DNA from: Antedon mediterranea
Taxonomy: Eukaryota; Animalia; Echinodermata
NCBI RefSeq assembly: GCF_964355755.1
Contig: NC_092676.1
Coordinates: 11,509,888 to 11,573,887 of the forward strand
DNA length: 64,000 nt
Reading direction: 5' to 3'
In this document: positions 61,690 to 64,000 of the stretch, piece by piece
Numbering within the stretch: position 1 is the first letter of the stretch
Layout of the letters: each line of letters opens with the position of its first letter
Notes under the pieces: model-generated
Database searches by the model: none
What the model saw: only the letters and a program-made list of their open reading frames with translations
Told to the model about the DNA's origin: nothing
Translations under genes and position numbers: made by a program

Positions 61690-62113
61690 AGCCCCCTTCC
61701 CTACGTTTTTTAGATCTAATTTAAGATCACAAACTATATTTAATGTAAAAATAATACTATATGGTCCTATTGCGATAACTTTTTTCGTCTTTAAACGGTT
61801 AAAAATGTGAAAAATAAGTCGATTCTAATAATTATAGCGGCCCGCTATAAATCCCAAAATGCATTGCGCGCGGATTGATATTTTTGTTTTTCACCTGTAA
61901 TTCGCCCACTTTTCGATCGATCGTGAGGCCAAAACAAATGGAAGACTCCTAACTTTTCAACGAAAATACCGGGTAGTGCATTGTTTCTCACTTTTTATCA
62001 TAATTTACTATAAAACGTACATTTAAGACAAGGAATGACATGGTTTAATGTTTTTAAAGTGATATATATGTATTATTTTCCAAAAAACGTCCAAAATTGC
62101 AGGGAAGGGGTCT
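61690..62113 (+). mobile_element. Kolobok-like MITE
   Basis: TTAA|AGCCCCCTTCCCTAC ... GCAGGGAAGGGGTCT|TTAA; a second copy lies at 41039-41532. Confidence 0.85.
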
Positions 62114-62116
62114 TTA

Positions 62117-62258
62117 AGATCCGTCTACACTATCAAACTAGTGTAAACGAAGAAAGTGTGATGTGCCCAAATATGGTAGTGATATGACGTCAACATGTCC
62201 ATATATGGGCATATCACATTTTCTTTGTCACGTAAAGTTTGATAGTGTAGACAGAGCT
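62117..62258. mobile_element. 142-bp palindromic Harbinger-type MITE
   Basis: TTA|AGATCCGTCTACACTATCAAACT ... AGTTTGATAGTGTAGACAGAGCT|TTA; a decayed copy lies at ~46295-46415. Confidence 0.8.
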
Positions 62259-62282
62259 TTAGAAATGCTATTATTTTAATTT

Positions 62283-63577
62283 CTATTCTTCACATTTTGC
62301 AAGTTCAGTCTCAATCTCAAAAATCGCATCGCTAATTACCTTTTTAATTTGGATTTGTTTCACCTTTGGGAAGGTTTCAACAGTTTTGAATGCAGATTCA
62401 AAAAAATATGCTAATGCATTTTTCTCTCCTGCCTTTTTCCCTGAAAAATAATCAATTAATACAGCATTCACATCTTAATTTTTGGCTAATTTTCTTTTTG
62501 CGGGAGTATGTTTTGGTTTTGAGGTACTGGGAATAAATAATAATAATAATTTCCGATGATGTTCCTTCTTGATCGTCTTGAATAACCTCACGACCATCCA
62601 ATATAGCAGTGAGAAGGTTTTCGCACTCATCCGGCAAATTGAAATTACTGGTGCTTCTGTAAAACATTAAAAGCAAATGATCAAGGTTATTTTCAAATTC
62701 TTGCCTCTCTGTGCATCCTCCATCTGTTCTCACTATATAATAAGTCAGATAGTTTTGGTGTAAAATTGATGTGAACACTTATATTAATTTATTTTAAATG
62801 TAGTCGACAACTAATATTTGGTCATAGTGGAGGGGAGTTTATTCAAGGATGTAAAGTAGAATGAGTTATAATACCTTCTTGTACTGACAAATCCATTTAA
62901 AAATTGCATTTGGTCAGCCCACTTATACTTTCTAAGCTTTCCAGTCAGTCCCTGCCCACTGCGACTCATTTGTCCAACTTTTCTTAAGTATGCAACATAG
63001 GCATCCTTGATATTTGTAAACTTCTTAGATAATATTTGACCTGAAAAAAGGGGATGTTTATAAAATAAAAATGTTGCAAACAATACTGTTGGGATAATTT
63101 GATACAGTACATAACTATTGATAAATGACATGGCAATCAGTTTCTGTTATATTTATAGATACAGCTTTAATAAAGTTGTTTTATTGAACACAATGTAAAC
63201 AAATTTTGCCATATTTTTTTTTGTCCATGCTACTACAGCATTTTTAAAACAATTTATCCAATCCAAGTACATCATCAATCATTGACCAACAAAATATATA
63301 TAATATTACTGTATGTGTAAAGAGTTACATCTATACAGTCAAACAATTTTGATAAGTCAAGCTTAATTTACTGTTTTATACATAATTTAATACATAACAC
63401 ATTAAGGTCAAATCTGAGAGGCTTACCAGATTCAACTTCAACTTTAATAGCGATTTCATCCCACACATCATTTTTATGTCGAACATCTTTGTATCGCTTG
63501 TCTGACAGATCATATAGGACGCTATTCTTTTCCACTTCTATGATTAGTTGTTCAGTCTGTTCTTCTGTAAGAGCCAT
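62283..63577 (-). pseudogene. Harbinger ORF1 MADF/Myb-SANT DNA-binding protein, 3' part disrupted (exons 63577-63427, 63040-62875, 62656-62283)
   Basis: MADF signature LIIEVEKNSVLYDLSDKRYKD..KNDVWDEIA..KKFTNIKDAY..YKWADQMQFL. After an (ATT)n run (~62535-62550) the protein-like sequence continues in another frame, with an in-frame TAA before a BESS-like C-terminus. Confidence 0.8.
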
Positions 63578-64000
63578 TTCTAAATAATAACGGTAGTTTA
63601 AAAAATATATTAATTGAATAGAAAGGTGTATAGTACTAGGTAGGCCTACCTAACTATATAACTTACTAACAATACTTAATACTCAATTATTATTATTGCA
63701 CTTGTCTTTTGTCAAACTCAGTTGGGATAAGCAGAAGGAATACTGAAAATTAATCCCCCATCACTTATGAAAAATACATAGGCCAAGGTTGTTTTTTGGG
63801 AGGGATTAAACCAAAAAAGAAAGAATAAAAAACATTTGTTTTAAAATCAAAGACACTAGGCCTAGGGTATAGCCTAGGCCTACTAGAAATAATTTAGATA
63901 AGCAGGATTATCATTTTATTTAACAAAGGTGGTCTATCCAGATGGCTGAAGCTGATCATTATAACCCTCTCACTAGCCTAGCCTACTTACAATCGTCAAT

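Larger units (their letters stand above)
59101..64000. mobile_element. Two-gene PIF/Harbinger transposon; right end beyond the window
   Basis: Left end TGA|AGCTGCTTTCACATCG with a subterminal repeat GCTTTCACATCG; convergent DDE transposase (+) and MADF gene (-). Confidence 0.85.

Overview
AT-rich, intron-containing animal genomic DNA. The transposon repertoire suggests a marine invertebrate, but that is inference. I find one host gene, missed by the ORF track: a spliced MRPS31 (mitochondrial ribosomal protein mS31) on the + strand, with six well-supported exons between 31202 and 42753 and a candidate first exon at 22368-22417. The rest is densely nested mobile DNA, much of it delimitable by terminal repeats and target-site duplications (TSDs). 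Nest 1 (925-17038): Academ-like > Sola3-like > hAT-like with a 6-bp TSD > a very young Mag-type Gypsy LTR element plus a Merlin-like MITE. Beside it lies a truncated Rex1/Babar LINE. Nest 2 (22825-30099): SINE > AcademX > non-autonomous Academ carrying a tRNA-Ala-derived copy. Nest 3 (48380-58790): Gypsy gag relic > hairpin-ended, 9-bp-TSD (AcademH-type) elements > an 8-kb Ginger1 relic with integrase C-terminus and OTU protease. The window ends in a two-gene PIF/Harbinger with an intact spliced transposase and a damaged MADF partner. I cannot support a wholly new biological system. The best leads are the self-targeting hairpin-ended family, the transposon-borne tRNA with an altered anticodon, the OTU-bearing Ginger and a 25-bp P-like footprint. 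Coordinates were read by eye, and superfamily labels of non-coding elements rest on terminus/TSD rules only.
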